Assembly: GCA_963772455.1 (NCBI GenBank)
Contig: CAVYXJ010000005.1
Location: 1 to 64,000, forward strand
Direction: 5' to 3'
Source of the DNA: Candidatus Bathyarchaeota archaeon
GTDB taxonomy: Archaea > Thermoproteota > Bathyarchaeia > Bathyarchaeales > Bathycorpusculaceae
Length of the DNA stretch: 64,000 nucleotides
Positions within the stretch are counted from its first letter, which is position 1; every line of letters starts with the position of its first letter. The position numbers and the translations under genes were made by a program. The notes under the pieces were generated by a model that saw only the letters and a program-made list of their open reading frames with translations, ran no database searches and was not told where the DNA came from. This document shows, in pieces, positions 32,401 through 41,494 of this stretch.

Positions 32401-33587
32401 TTCCTCTAGCCGATTATGTTTACTGCCTCAGGTTTAACTGACTTCAAACCATCTTGGTACACATAATTGATAAAGTTAGGAACCGTTGAAGCATTAGTTA
32501 ATTGATTGTTTATCAGCCATTGAGCTTCATCACGCATAGCTAAAAGCAAGGATTGGTCAAGCGAAAGAGAAAAATCGTTCTCACTCCACGCTTTGACCAT
32601 ATATGCATCGGTTAGATTAAGTTGGTTCTTTAAAATTTCTTTTGCTTCGGCAGGATAATTAATTACAAAATCTTCAGCTTGCGAAAGAGACCTAAGAAAC
32701 CTCGTCACCAGTTCAGGATGGTTCGTTATCCACTCGTTGGTGGCAATCGCTTGAGCATAAAGCGGCTGACTGCTTTGAATTGACCAAACTACAGCGTTAT
32801 TACCTAAACTATCCTTTGCTAATTCTGCAGTAGGTTGTGCAGTTGCAACAGCGTCTATGGAGCCATTTACTATAGCATTAACCCATTCCGTCGGCGTTTT
32901 GAGGTCAATAAGTGTTACATCTTGAAGATTCAAACTATTAAGTTCAAGAAATCTGCCTAAATAGAATTGAGCTATGGTTCCAAAGGCAACACCAATTGTT
33001 TTGTTCTTCAGGTCTGATATTTGGTTAATTCCTCTATCTGCACGCCCGACAAGATAGATAAACTCAGATTTAGAAATGCTTCCAAGTGTGCTGATTTGTG
33101 TTCCGTTGAGTATGCTGTTGGTGAGAGGAAATTCTGTTGTTCCCACAACAATGTCCGCTTCGGCTTTTAAAACGCCATTTAATGCACCTGATCCAGTGTC
33201 GTACTTAAGTGAGGTAACGATTAAGCCGTTTTGGCTGAAAAAATTCTGATGTTCAGCAACCCAAAAAAGTGTAAGTGATTCAAAGGGTGAATACGCAATC
33301 TTAATTGATTCCATTTTCCCCGTGTAAGGCGTCTGTGAATTGAGGTAAACAAATGAACTTAAAACAATGGCTATGACCAAGATGGTAGCAACTAAAACTA
33401 TGGTTTTATGTTTTGAAATTAATTGTCTTGCTTTCATCATTTGCTTCCTCTAGCCGATTATGTTTACTGCTCCAGGTTTAACTGACTTCAAACCATCTTG
33501 GTACACATAATTGATAAAGTTAGGAACCGTTGAAGCATTAGTTAATTGATTGTTTATCAGCCATTGAGCTTCATCCTGCATAGCTAA
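32401..33587. repeat. 143-bp near-identical direct repeat covering the 3' ends of the two binding-protein genes
   Basis: 32401-32543 vs 33445-33587, 4 mismatches by manual alignment. Confidence 0.9.
32406..33440 (-). CDS. SsuA/NrtA/THI5-like substrate-binding protein
   Basis: N-terminal TM anchor, ISDLKNKTIGV, GSIDAV, HPELVTRFLRSL. Confidence 0.88.
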   Translation of the reverse strand: MMKARQLISKHKTIVLVATILVIAIVLSSFVYLNSQTPYTGKMESIKIAYSPFESLTLFWVAEHQNFFSQNGLIVTSLKYDTGSGALNGVLKAEADIVVGTTEFPLTNSILNGTQISTLGSISKSEFIYLVGRADRGINQISDLKNKTIGVAFGTIAQFYLGRFLELNSLNLQDVTLIDLKTPTEWVNAIVNGSIDAVATAQPTAELAKDSLGNNAVVWSIQSSQPLYAQAIATNEWITNHPELVTRFLRSLSQAEDFVINYPAEAKEILKNQLNLTDAYMVKAWSENDFSLSLDQSLLLAMRDEAQWLINNQLTNASTVPNFINYVYQDGLKSVKPEAVNIIG

Positions 33588-34469
33588 TAGTTGAGCTTGG
33601 TCAAGAGTAACTGAAAACTGATAATCTGACCAAACGGTTTTCAAGTACTCGCTACTGTAATTAAGCGTTTTTGCCAAGATAACAATCGCTTTCTCTTGAT
33701 TGTTTAAACCAAAGCTTTCAGCCTGAACTATTGCTTTTAGGAAACGTACAATCAAATCAGGATGTGTTACACCCCAGCTTCTTGTGCAAATGGCATCAAT
33801 GTAAGCTAGTTGATTATTTTGTATTGGCCACATTACCGTTTTGTTGCCTAAGAGGCTTTCAATTTGGTTAATGTAGGGTTGAAAAGCGACAGCCGCATCG
33901 ACCGTGCCATTTGCAAGAACATCTGGCGTTTGTACAAATGGGACAACATTAACAAGGTTAACTTCACTTCGACTTATGTCGTTTAGTTCAAGAAATCTCC
34001 CAAGGTAAAACTCACCGTTGGTTCCCATCGGAACTCCAATTGTTTTACCTTTTAAATCTGAAACATTTTCGATACCTCTGTCTGTTCTAGCGACTAAATA
34101 GAACTTGTCGCTTTTGCAATAGCTCCCAAATGTGTAAAGGCTTGAGTTTTCCAAGGCTTTTTGGGCAATAACAAACTCAGATGCACCCGTTATGTCTACT
34201 TCTCCATTTAGTAATCCGTTTACAGCTGCTGCACCAGAATTAAAATTTTTAACTGTTACGTTTAGGCCGTTGGCTGCGAAATATTGCTGATCATCAGCTA
34301 TGTAAACTAAGGCATTCATTTCGGAATTAAAAAACCCGATTGTAACTCGTTCAACTTTGCCAATGTAAGGTTTTTGAGAATTAAGATAAATAAATGAGCT
34401 CAAAACAATGGCAATAACTAAGAAGATAACGGCTGCGATTATGAGATTTCGTTTTTTTGGCACTACCAT
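33450..34469 (-). CDS. SsuA/NrtA/THI5-like substrate-binding protein (tandem paralog)
   Basis: VSDLKGKTIGV, GTVDAAV, HPDLIVRFLKAI. Confidence 0.88.
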   Translation of the reverse strand: MVVPKKRNLIIAAVIFLVIAIVLSSFIYLNSQKPYIGKVERVTIGFFNSEMNALVYIADDQQYFAANGLNVTVKNFNSGAAAVNGLLNGEVDITGASEFVIAQKALENSSLYTFGSYCKSDKFYLVARTDRGIENVSDLKGKTIGVPMGTNGEFYLGRFLELNDISRSEVNLVNVVPFVQTPDVLANGTVDAAVAFQPYINQIESLLGNKTVMWPIQNNQLAYIDAICTRSWGVTHPDLIVRFLKAIVQAESFGLNNQEKAIVILAKTLNYSSEYLKTVWSDYQFSVTLDQAQLLAMQDEAQWLINNQLTNASTVPNFINYVYQDGLKSVKPGAVNIIG

Positions 34470-34740
34470 ATTATCTTAGCCTCAGAATACAAAACTTAAT
34501 ACAATGGCATTGATGTACGCATATATAACTATCGAAAAATAACGATTATTTTCAAATTACCAGCAAATTAGAGAATTGGAATTAGAAAAATGCTAAAATC
34601 GGTCTTTTCACTTTTACCCCAAATAACAAGAGGTTCAAGTTACAGTGCAACCCATCCCCACAAAGAACAAAAATTGGGTAGCTGCTCAAGTTCTCTTTAT
34701 AGAAAAGAGAAAATGAATTAAAAAGTGTTCAAATCCCTCT

Positions 34741-34778
34741 TTGTTGTCGTATTGTTACAGTCACATATACTTAAGAAA
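34741..34778 (+). promoter_or_regulatory. Motif copy C plus TATA-like box upstream of the C2H2 microprotein
   Basis: TTGTT-gtcgtattgtt-ACAGTCACA-tatac-TTAAGAAA. Confidence 0.75.
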
Positions 34779-34815
34779 GCTGGCAACTGCTAATACATTA
34801 TTTAGGTGAAAAGTT

Positions 34816-35004
34816 ATGCGCAAAAAAGAACATCGTCACACAGACACATTGGGTGCCGCGTCATCTCAAGATATACCAGTAAGAGGAGTAGAACCAAGTC
34901 AAATTCCATGTGAAGTCTGCGGAAGAACATTCAAAACTCACTCGGAAATGGAAAGACACAGAGACACAACGCACCATGAAACAAAAGGACACGAGGAAGA
35001 ATAA
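34816..35004 (+). CDS. C2H2 zinc-finger microprotein
   Basis: CEVCGRTFKTHSEMERHRDTTH; AGGTGA RBS. Confidence 0.8.
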   Translation: MRKKEHRHTDTLGAASSQDIPVRGVEPSQIPCEVCGRTFKTHSEMERHRDTTHHETKGHEEE

Positions 35005-35204
35005 TTATTCAGTTCACGCCCAATGATGTGGGATTATATAACTATCTAAACTAACCACAAACTTGCTTACTTCATATTTTGATGCAATTAAGAATTACAT
35101 CTCAGGTATTTGGTTAATGTCGATCTTTTTCTATCAGGACCAACATAAAAAAAGTAAGAAATGATTTTAAGATACTAATAATTCAGAAACTCTGCATACA
35201 TTAG

Positions 35205-36488
35205 GTGTCAATGTTGGTTGTTGAAAAAGCTGTACATTTTTATTCTTGTCAATTAGCGACATCTAAATCTGTACAACAACACAAACTCCGAAAGCGTATA
35301 GCTTGGTTGTCAAATAAAGAGGGACAGGGCAGAGAGTTCATCTCACTTTTCATACCTCCAAACACTCGAATAGATGAGGTAATTGCCAACCTGAAGAAAG
35401 AAGCTGATTTAACTATCAGGGAACCTGAGAAGGTTAAAGAACGATTACAAAGTTCCTTTAAAGCTGTAATCCTTAATCTAAAACAGGTTAAGGAAATTCC
35501 GGAAAACGGGTTAGCTCTATTTGCAGGATTTTTTCCAGTTAACGAATCTGAAAAAGAAGTATTAAGCTTAGAAGAGATAGTTCCACTTGAACCGTTTAAC
35601 GCCTATTCTTACTCAATTGGCACCCATTTTGATTTAATGCCACTTAGAGAAATGCTAAGAGACCAAAAAAATATTGGAATACTCGCTTTAGATTCTAAGC
35701 AAGCTAGTTTTGGATTATTAAATGGTGAACACATTGAAATTTTAGAGAATATTTCTTCTGGAATTTCCGGAAAATCTGGAAAAGGCGGGTCGAGCCAAAG
35801 AAGATATGAACGAGAACGCGACTCCTCAATCGAAAACTTCTTTCACAGAATTGCGGAACACGCAAACAACCAATATATCAAGAAAAAAGTTAACATTTTG
35901 ATAGTCGGGGGACCTGGTCAAACTAAAAATGATTTCTTGAAAGGTGAATATCTTCATTATGAACTGAATAATATGCTTCTAAACATAGTTGACACCCAAT
36001 CCGCAGGCAAAGAAGCGCTAAAAGAGATTCTAAACAAATCATCTGAACTTCTTAAGAATATGTGTGGACCTGAAGAAAAAAGAATCGTTCAGAATCTAAT
36101 GACAGAGTTGAGTAAACAAAGTGGTTTAGCCATTTATGGTTTAGATACAGTGTTAGACGCGCTTAGAAATGGTGAAGTGCAAATTGCTATAGTGACAGAT
36201 AGCACCGATATGATTGAAAATGTTGCAGTTTGCAAAAGATGTGGGTTTTCAAAAAGGAAGATAGCAAATAAGAAAATTCATGCCATCCGAGAAATGATTG
36301 AGAGTCCATGTGAAAAGTGCAATGGGGTTTCATATGAATATAGAGAGAAAGACATTGTTGATGTTTTAGAAGATATAGCTTCTCAAACTGATGCAAGCGT
36401 TGAGGTAATTTCATCCATTTCTGATGAAAAAGCATCACTCACAGCGTTGGGTGGCTTTGCAGCTCTTTTAAGATACAAATCAGGATAA
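35205..36488 (+). CDS. Divergent aRF1/eRF1-family paralog lacking NIKS and GGQ
   Basis: Three-domain aRF1 layout: ISLFIPP, PENGLALFAG, GKGGSSQRRYER, VGGPGQTK, CxxC/CxxC, LGGFAALLRY. Confidence 0.88.
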   Translation: MSMLVVEKAVHFYSCQLATSKSVQQHKLRKRIAWLSNKEGQGREFISLFIPPNTRIDEVIANLKKEADLTIREPEKVKERLQSSFKAVILNLKQVKEIPENGLALFAGFFPVNESEKEVLSLEEIVPLEPFNAYSYSIGTHFDLMPLREMLRDQKNIGILALDSKQASFGLLNGEHIEILENISSGISGKSGKGGSSQRRYERERDSSIENFFHRIAEHANNQYIKKKVNILIVGGPGQTKNDFLKGEYLHYELNNMLLNIVDTQSAGKEALKEILNKSSELLKNMCGPEEKRIVQNLMTELSKQSGLAIYGLDTVLDALRNGEVQIAIVTDSTDMIENVAVCKRCGFSKRKIANKKIHAIREMIESPCEKCNGVSYEYREKDIVDVLEDIASQTDASVEVISSISDEKASLTALGGFAALLRYKSG

Positions 36489-36792
36489 ACATTGTTTTTC
36501 AACAATTAATTTCAACAGATATAATTTTCAAAAGTTTTGAATCATAAAAATGTCTTTGTAAAAACTAAAGACATAAGTTGCCATACCGTTTTCAAAGCCG
36601 AATGATATTCTAAAAACAATTGTTTCTAGAACTATTTTGAATACTTGCATGATTTCAAGCTTGTTTCAACCTATAATTTTAAATGGAATGAAATCATTCT
36701 TTTTGATAAAAAATTTACTTTCAAATCCGTCAAAAAATTTGCAACTCTTGACACGGAGATCCAGAACGCTGAATGAAAGAGGAAAAGACCGC

Positions 36793-37491
36793 ATGAATAA
36801 TGAAGTAAAATTATTATCAATAGGGGTAATGATCGTTATTCTTCTATTAGGAGTTGCAACTTATTTTTCTTTTGAGGTTGTATCAGCTAAACAGATTCGC
36901 GTAGCTTGCGTGGGCGATAGTATTACTGAGGGAAGCGGTTATCCCTTCCAATTAAATTTGATGCTTGGTTCAAACTACGTCGTTGGCAATTTTGGGGTAA
37001 GCGGATCCACTGTTTCACTTGATTCTACGAAACCTTACATGAATGAAAGCAAATTCAAAGCAGCTTTGGATTTTAACCCTGACATTGTTGTTATTATGTT
37101 GGGAACTAATGATGCAAACACAGAAGTCACTCCAAATGAAAATGGCGTTGATTCTGATTATTCAAAGCTGGTTTCGGCGTTCCAACAACTTGAAGGTAAG
37201 CAACTAATTTGGATTGCAAAGTCACCGCCGATCTTCACAAACAATTCAAGTTACAGCAATACAATTCTCACCACGAATGTACTTCCACAAATTGACAATT
37301 TAGCTGATGAAATGAATTTACCTACAGTTGACATGTACAATATTCTCAGCGACCACTCGGATTATTTTGCTGATGGCATACATCCAACTCGTGATGGCGC
37401 CGCTTTGATTGCCACTAATGTTTACAATGCAATAACTTTGCCCGATGGATCTCCAGATACGTCTTACTTTGATTTTGGTTACTCAGATTGA
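36793..37491 (+). CDS. Membrane-anchored SGNH/GDSL hydrolase
   Basis: CVGDSITEG, NFGVSG, MLGTNDA, DGIHP; N-terminal TM. Confidence 0.92.
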   Translation: MNNEVKLLSIGVMIVILLLGVATYFSFEVVSAKQIRVACVGDSITEGSGYPFQLNLMLGSNYVVGNFGVSGSTVSLDSTKPYMNESKFKAALDFNPDIVVIMLGTNDANTEVTPNENGVDSDYSKLVSAFQQLEGKQLIWIAKSPPIFTNNSSYSNTILTTNVLPQIDNLADEMNLPTVDMYNILSDHSDYFADGIHPTRDGAALIATNVYNAITLPDGSPDTSYFDFGYSD

Positions 37492-37584
37492 TATTGGTTG
37501 GAAATTACTCTCTATTGCGGATATTACGCAAACTGTTTATAGTAAATCGTGAGTAAAGAAAGATACAGGTTATTGGGATCTTAA

Positions 37585-38649
37585 GTGAACCTGAATAATG
37601 AAAAATTAGTTCTCCCTGTTGATCTCATCCGTTCTGTGGCCATAATTTTAGTTATCTTGCTTCATGCCTCAACTCAGTCTTACTCGGAGGTTGATTTGAT
37701 GTCGCCACAAGGAGTACAAATCTGGTGGGCATCAAATATCTATGATTCTCTAGCTCGAGTATGCATCCCTTTGTTTGTAATGTTGGCAGGTGCACTTTTG
37801 CTTCAACCCAGCAAAGCAGATGAACCACTAAAAATCTTCTTCAAAAAAAGGCTATATCGAATCGGACTGCCTTTCATCTTTTGGGGGGCAATATATTTTG
37901 CTTGGCGATTCTTCGTAAATGGCGAAGCATTAACAACTAACTCTCTTATTCAAGGACTGTTAAATGGACCTTACTATCAATTTTGGTTTCTCTACCTAAT
38001 AATAGGATTATATCTCGTCACACCTATCCTGCGAGTACTAATAAAACATGCAGAACAAAAAATAATCAAATACTTAATTTCCATTTGGTTTTTAGGCACA
38101 GCTATAATTCCAATATTAACATTGTTCGGATCTTTCAATTTGAATGCCAATGTCTTCCTTTTGACAGGATGGTTAGGCTATTTTGTTTTAGGCGCATACC
38201 TAATGAAGGTACATTTGAGATCTTCAATTCTAATCACAGTTTTTGCAGCGGCTTTTCTCTGGACAATAATTGGGACATACCTAATCATTGGCAATTTAGG
38301 TGAAATATTTAATCAGTTTTTTTTATCAGGTTACAGCTTCAACATCATACTGGGTTCAACTGCATTATTCTTACTCATGGCTTCTATCCCAGCCTCTAAA
38401 ATAGAAAAAAGATTTCCAAATGGCAATCGAGTACTTAGAGTAATAAGTCAAAACACTTTGCCGATATTTCTATTCCATCCAATTGTACTGGAAACCTTGC
38501 AGAAAGGTTACTTAGGATTTGCCATAAACATAACATCAATTAACCCAATTGTAGAAATCCCACTTATCACCGCTCTCACTCTGCTCATCTGCCTCGCAAT
38601 AATTGTTCCTTTAAAGAAAATACCTTATGTAAAAAGAATCATTGGTTGA
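37585..38649 (+). CDS. Acyltransferase family 3 (membrane O-acetyltransferase)
   Basis: DLIRSVAIILVILLH, RVCIPLFVMLAGALLL, FWFLYLIIGLYL; multi-pass. Confidence 0.9.
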   Translation: MNLNNEKLVLPVDLIRSVAIILVILLHASTQSYSEVDLMSPQGVQIWWASNIYDSLARVCIPLFVMLAGALLLQPSKADEPLKIFFKKRLYRIGLPFIFWGAIYFAWRFFVNGEALTTNSLIQGLLNGPYYQFWFLYLIIGLYLVTPILRVLIKHAEQKIIKYLISIWFLGTAIIPILTLFGSFNLNANVFLLTGWLGYFVLGAYLMKVHLRSSILITVFAAAFLWTIIGTYLIIGNLGEIFNQFFLSGYSFNIILGSTALFLLMASIPASKIEKRFPNGNRVLRVISQNTLPIFLFHPIVLETLQKGYLGFAINITSINPIVEIPLITALTLLICLAIIVPLKKIPYVKRIIG

Positions 38650-38753
38650 AATAAAAAATTTTCAAGTCAATTTCTACAATAAATTTCTCTTACTTTTCTA
38701 GCAAAACTATTTCTTGAACAAAGTGGGGCTAATCTAAGGAAAAAAGCTGTACC

Positions 38754-40169
38754 TTGAAAATAATTAAAGAACAAATCAAGTTGCAAACAAACGCATTTCG
38801 CGAAAAATTTGAAAGAAATAACTTGAAAAAAATCTTTGCTGATAATTATCCTCTCTTAAGCATACTAATTGGCTACTTATTTGTAGCATTAACAATAGGA
38901 CCGTTCTACAATAGTGATACTGCAACTGAATACAACGCTGTATCGGGAGTATTGAAATATGGCTTGCCAAAACTGGATAACGGCAATTTCATTAATCAAC
39001 CCCCATTAGGATTCTATTCTCAAGCCTTTTTCTTCAACATGTTCGGTTCTTCAATAAGCAATGGCACGTCCTTGGTCACCTTGTTTGGGCTTGGATGCAT
39101 CGTCTTAGTATATGGAATTGCCAATACCGTGTACAATAAGACTACAGCTTTTTTCGCAGCTACCCTTTTTGCTTTTAGCCCATGGCATCTGATATTGTCA
39201 AGGACTTTCCTAATTGATGTTCAATGTCTCTTCTTTAGTCTGTTTTCGCTATTTCTTGGAATATTTGCCGTCCGCCGAGATTCAATTAAGTTATTTTTGG
39301 GTGGAGGGATCATTTTTGCAATGGCTTTTAGCACAAAATTATATGCTGTGTTTATTCTTATCCCAATTTTGGCTTTCTTTTTCTTCTATAGATCTGAAAA
39401 AATAAGACAAAAATTAATTTGGTTGGGTGCATTTTCCGCGCCAACATTGTTGTTTTCTTTTTTGTGGTATCAAACAATTGCGAAAGTCGGAATGGGAGCT
39501 ATTATTTTTCACACCGATTTTGCAATCCATGAATCTAGCGGTATAGTTCCTTCTTACTTTTTTGTAAGCAATTTCCTCACTAACTATGGTTTAGGCTGGT
39601 TATTTGTGGATGCAGCAATTCTATCACTATTACTATGTTTCACCCAAAAACGTTTATTTCGCAGATTTCTTGCTTTTGATATAATCAGCTTGTTAACCAT
39701 AATTTGCATATTAAGTGTGAACACTTTTTTGGGAGCAACCTTGAAACTTAATTCCCCTTATCTGACCGCGATAAAATATGATTATCAATCATTGCCTTTC
39801 TTTGCTTTCTTAGCGGGATCATTGATAACAAAAAGCATTTCACTCATTAATTTAAGCAAGCTAAAGAAAAAATTAACTAAAATAACCTATGTTTTTGCCG
39901 CTTCATTAGGATTAATCCTTGTGCCACTTTCAATAGGAATCAACATGAGTTATGTGAATCTATTTTCCACTTGGACCTATTTACTTTTCAAAGCGGACTC
40001 AAACATTAAAGTGGGGTATTCATTTTTTAGCGATACTCCAGTTGGTTTAAACAGCGTTCTGTTTAATTTTCAATATTTAGGGTATGCATTAATGCTATCA
40101 GGAATTGTTTGGCTAAGCAGGCATAAAATATTTTCATTACTGAAAACAGTAAATGTTAAAATCCATTAA
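38754..40169 (+). CDS. GT-C fold glycosyltransferase (family 39/PMT-like)
   Basis: DTATEY, NQPPLGFY, FSPWHLILSR...DV, AFSTK; multi-pass. Confidence 0.85.
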   Translation: MKIIKEQIKLQTNAFREKFERNNLKKIFADNYPLLSILIGYLFVALTIGPFYNSDTATEYNAVSGVLKYGLPKLDNGNFINQPPLGFYSQAFFFNMFGSSISNGTSLVTLFGLGCIVLVYGIANTVYNKTTAFFAATLFAFSPWHLILSRTFLIDVQCLFFSLFSLFLGIFAVRRDSIKLFLGGGIIFAMAFSTKLYAVFILIPILAFFFFYRSEKIRQKLIWLGAFSAPTLLFSFLWYQTIAKVGMGAIIFHTDFAIHESSGIVPSYFFVSNFLTNYGLGWLFVDAAILSLLLCFTQKRLFRRFLAFDIISLLTIICILSVNTFLGATLKLNSPYLTAIKYDYQSLPFFAFLAGSLITKSISLINLSKLKKKLTKITYVFAASLGLILVPLSIGINMSYVNLFSTWTYLLFKADSNIKVGYSFFSDTPVGLNSVLFNFQYLGYALMLSGIVWLSRHKIFSLLKTVNVKIH

Positions 40170-40490
40170 ATTAAATATTGAACAAAAACAAGTTACATAA
40201 TGAAGAGAATATATTTAAGAGAAGAAGAGTGAAAAATTTGCACTTCTTCTTCTCTTAACATTCTTCTACCTTTAACAGTTGCTCTTTGGATGAAGCAGAG
40301 ACTATGATCCTTTCATAGCTGAAAAAATCCGAAGGGCTTGATTCAACATGTTAGTGTAGGCGCAGATTACGATGCATTGGATTTTGTGGATGCAAAGATC
40401 GCCCAGTCTTATCCTCAAGTTAAGCCTATAGCCATTCCTTGTAAAAACAAGTCTTATTTATTTGAGGGACATACAAGAAAGTGATGAATT

Positions 40491-40862
40491 ATGCAAAACG
40501 ATACAGAAACAAAAATTAAGCAAGACCTTTTGGCTGAAATTCAAAACTTAGAACAAAATTACATAGTAATTCAGGGTTTTATCGCTGGAAAAGAATATGA
40601 GGTTACAGTAATCGGATCAAGCCTTCAATCATTCAAAGACAGCTTAAGTAGAGCAAGCGCATTTGTCCTTGCATTATACAACTTTAAAGGCAAAAGAGTC
40701 AACATTCCATGGGAACCGCTCTTCACTAACTTGGATTATGCACTCGCGACTTTATCAACTACTCCAAAGAAAGAAGCTGTCCAAGTAATCTTATCCATGG
40801 CTAAAGAACAGATTGAACAGGTATTATCATATTTCTCAGCTCTAAAAGAATCACTCAAATGA
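40491..40862 (+). CDS. Hypothetical helical protein
   Basis: 123-aa ORF with TATA-like and GTGA elements upstream. Confidence 0.65.
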   Translation: MQNDTETKIKQDLLAEIQNLEQNYIVIQGFIAGKEYEVTVIGSSLQSFKDSLSRASAFVLALYNFKGKRVNIPWEPLFTNLDYALATLSTTPKKEAVQVILSMAKEQIEQVLSYFSALKESLK

Positions 40863-41090
40863 CATTGATTCTCAGCAACGCTTAATCAGAATTAATGCCT
40901 TTTCTTTTTGATTATTATGGTTTCTTTTTCTGTAGCTCAAGTAGACTTAGTTTCGCAAATTTTCATTTTTGTTTTTCTTACTGTTGGATTATTTGTGGAG
41001 CGGGTTTCCTGCTGGATTCGAAGGCAGAGACTAACTGTATTCAAGGATGAAGAGTTAAGTATAACCCAAATCAAACATTTGTGAAGAAAG

Positions 41091-41456
41091 ATGGCATATT
41101 TACGTAACGAGAAAGAAAACCTCGAAGTATCATATCCATTGGAAAAGATTTGGGCTGTAATACCAGAAACCGTCAAGATTTTGGAATGGACAATAGAGGA
41201 GCAAGACGACACAGCCCACAAGGCTAAGATCAAATCGAAAGGTGGTTTCTTAGCCTACAATTCAATTCTTTTCCTTGAAGCGTCTTCGGTTGATGAAAAT
41301 ACAACTAAAATGTCTATCTATGCAGAAACACCAGTAACCACAATAACATCAATTATTGATTTCGGCAGGACCAGAGACCGCGTAGGTCAATTTATTGAAA
41401 CATTAGGTAGGCTTATGGAAAAGAAAGATAAACAAAAGAAATCTCAAGCGGATTAA
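41091..41456 (+). CDS. Hypothetical protein
   Basis: 121-aa ORF with alpha/beta pattern. Confidence 0.65.
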   Translation: MAYLRNEKENLEVSYPLEKIWAVIPETVKILEWTIEEQDDTAHKAKIKSKGGFLAYNSILFLEASSVDENTTKMSIYAETPVTTITSIIDFGRTRDRVGQFIETLGRLMEKKDKQKKSQAD

Positions 41457-41494
41457 GCAAAAATCTAATAACATTAGCAAATGTTTGATTATTT

